Shown here piece after piece: positions 62,431 through 64,000 of a stretch of 64,000 bases of DNA. This stretch comes from Microbotryum violaceum (Eukaryota). The DNA lies in contig LN717261.1 in assembly GCA_001244265.2 (NCBI GenBank), positions 3,363,591 to 3,427,590 on the forward strand. The letters run 5' to 3'. Position 1 is the stretch's first letter; every line of letters starts with the position of its first letter. A model generated the notes under the pieces. The model was not told where the DNA came from, searched no databases, and worked only from the letters and a program-made list of their open reading frames with translations. The position numbers and the translations under genes were made by a program.

Positions 62431-64000
62431 TCACAAACAGCCTGCCCGTTGCTTGTTGCCAAAACGGTCGTCGTCGCAGAGTCGGTTCAACTTGGCTTCA
62501 AACGCTCGTGCAATGAGTTCTGGTCGGTCGCATGCTTGGTCGTTCGGTCCCAGTGCAGCCTTGATTTCAAGCCATTCGGGGTTGCACGTCACCATGATGA
62601 ACAGCGAAGGCATCCCATGTTTTACGACGCACGCCATCGCATCTTGGTAACGCTGCGTGCTCTCGCGCGGTCTATTTTTGAACGTTGAGCCCAAAATCAC
62701 CGAACATCCAACTTGATTCGGGGTCAAGCTGATGATGCCTTGGCTTGTGGTGAGGCGGAGGTTTTTTTGATCCAACTGGAGGTAAGTTGAGTCGATCGGT
62801 CTCGACCTGGGAGTATCCGTCATCACGAACGCTAGGAAGGCACGTTGGGTGCAATGCGGGATTGAGAAGTACTCGTCGCGTTTGTGCAAGTAGTACGCAA
62901 ATAATTGTGAACGCGAGACTCGCCACCTCGATCCCCTTTATTTGAGCTTCGCCCTAGGTGGTCAAAAGTTCAATGTCAGTCTGTGCGTGCGCCTTAACAG
63001 AATGGAACATCCGAGAAAGAGCCGAAGGGGCTTACGCTCACCATTACCATTCTCTGCGTCCCCTTCCTCCTCGTCGCGGTCTTTTGGCAAAGAGTGGCCC
63101 AATTTGGTTGAACGCGCAAAGAGGAATGTTGAGGTGGAAGCTATCTTCCTCTGCGGGGAAGAGTAGTGGATAACGAAGAGGCATCGCCGACGGATGGAGC
63201 GAGCTAACGATTGGGTACTTGGGCCGACCATCGGGACATCGATCACCGTGCACCTGGAGAATAAGGTCTTGCGTCCACGATCTCCCCGGAATCGCAGATA
63301 AGCATCCCCATTTCGGTGCTCGACGTAGGAAGGTTGTGGGTGCGTCGATCTCGGCCAGCTGGTAGGCAGAGGCGCAGGACCCACTCTTTGGCCTAACCTG
63401 CGCGAGCTTTGGCCGATGCAAATTCCCTCACCAAGCGATTGCCGGTACGCAACGTAGAATCGAGCTTGGTCAAAGTGGATCCTTGTATGCGACTGTCTGC
63501 GCCCTCGGGTCCAAGTTGAATGTCGGTGGCCTCGGCCGGGCAGATGAGCCATGTTTTGGCAAAGGTTGGGCGCTGATTGACGGCAGGAATTAGGTCGCCG
63601 AGAGTGCGCCGAGAGTGCGCCGAGTCGATGGTAAAGGCGTCGAAATATCCGAAACATACGGGGTCCTTGACTGCCTAGTCATCAGAGGAGTATTCACAGC
63701 GGCTGAAACCTCATGTTGTTGTTGAGCCCCTAAAACCGGTATCGGGGTGCCAGAAATACGTCACGTGATCGACGGGGCATCGCGCAGCGTAGCGGCGCCC
63801 GCGTCCGCGCGTCAACGACAGCGAGACCACGCCTGAGCTCTGTAGAAGAAGTGTCATGCAAACCCACGCGCTTGCTATACATCAACTCATACTCAAACTG
63901 TTCAATAGTTGCGTACCCCGCCAAAAATCAACAAAAAATGTCTTCGGGCTGTAGCTCGACTTTTATGGTGCCGAAAATGCGGAAAGGGTCGTACATGACT
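62431..64000 (-). mobile_element. Degenerate Helitron, copy B (inverted, nearly identical to copy A)
   Basis: ~62525-63882 is the reverse complement of ~51310-52667; the frame continues DRPELIARAFEAKL. Confidence 0.88.

Overview
Eukaryotic, intron-rich fungal DNA. Gene content and splice signals suggest a basidiomycete, probably Pucciniomycotina/Microbotryomycetes-like (inference). The left ~45 kb is gene-dense: MET22, RPO41, DPH6, an SR-rich protein, a tandem array of four CE4 chitin-deacetylase paralogs interrupted by a composite retroelement, YVC1, a secreted Cys-repeat protein, OCT1/MIP, TAF8-like, F-box-like, DAL3, a prion-like-domain/vWA protein and a GST. The right ~19 kb is mostly transposon debris (CACTA-like, two inverted Helitron copies, a Ulp1+P-like transposase, a solo LTR). 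Embedded in it are an intronless killer-preprotoxin-like gene, a GH28 polygalacturonase and intron-containing fragments of chitin synthase and GH3 genes. Most notable: (1) a ~150-bp Copia-type LTR built around a 72-nt tRNA cloverleaf with UUA in the anticodon position, seen as a solo LTR and as two inverted arms sharing one TSD; (2) a Kex2-processed alpha/gamma/beta killer-toxin-like precursor; (3) a ~0.9-kb structured non-coding region directly 3' of DPH6 that starts with a telomere-template-like motif; (4) an intact secreted CE4 paralog lacking catalytic motif 1. Several single-base losses in G/C homopolymers of conserved genes look like assembly errors. All family calls come from motif recognition by eye; no searches were run.
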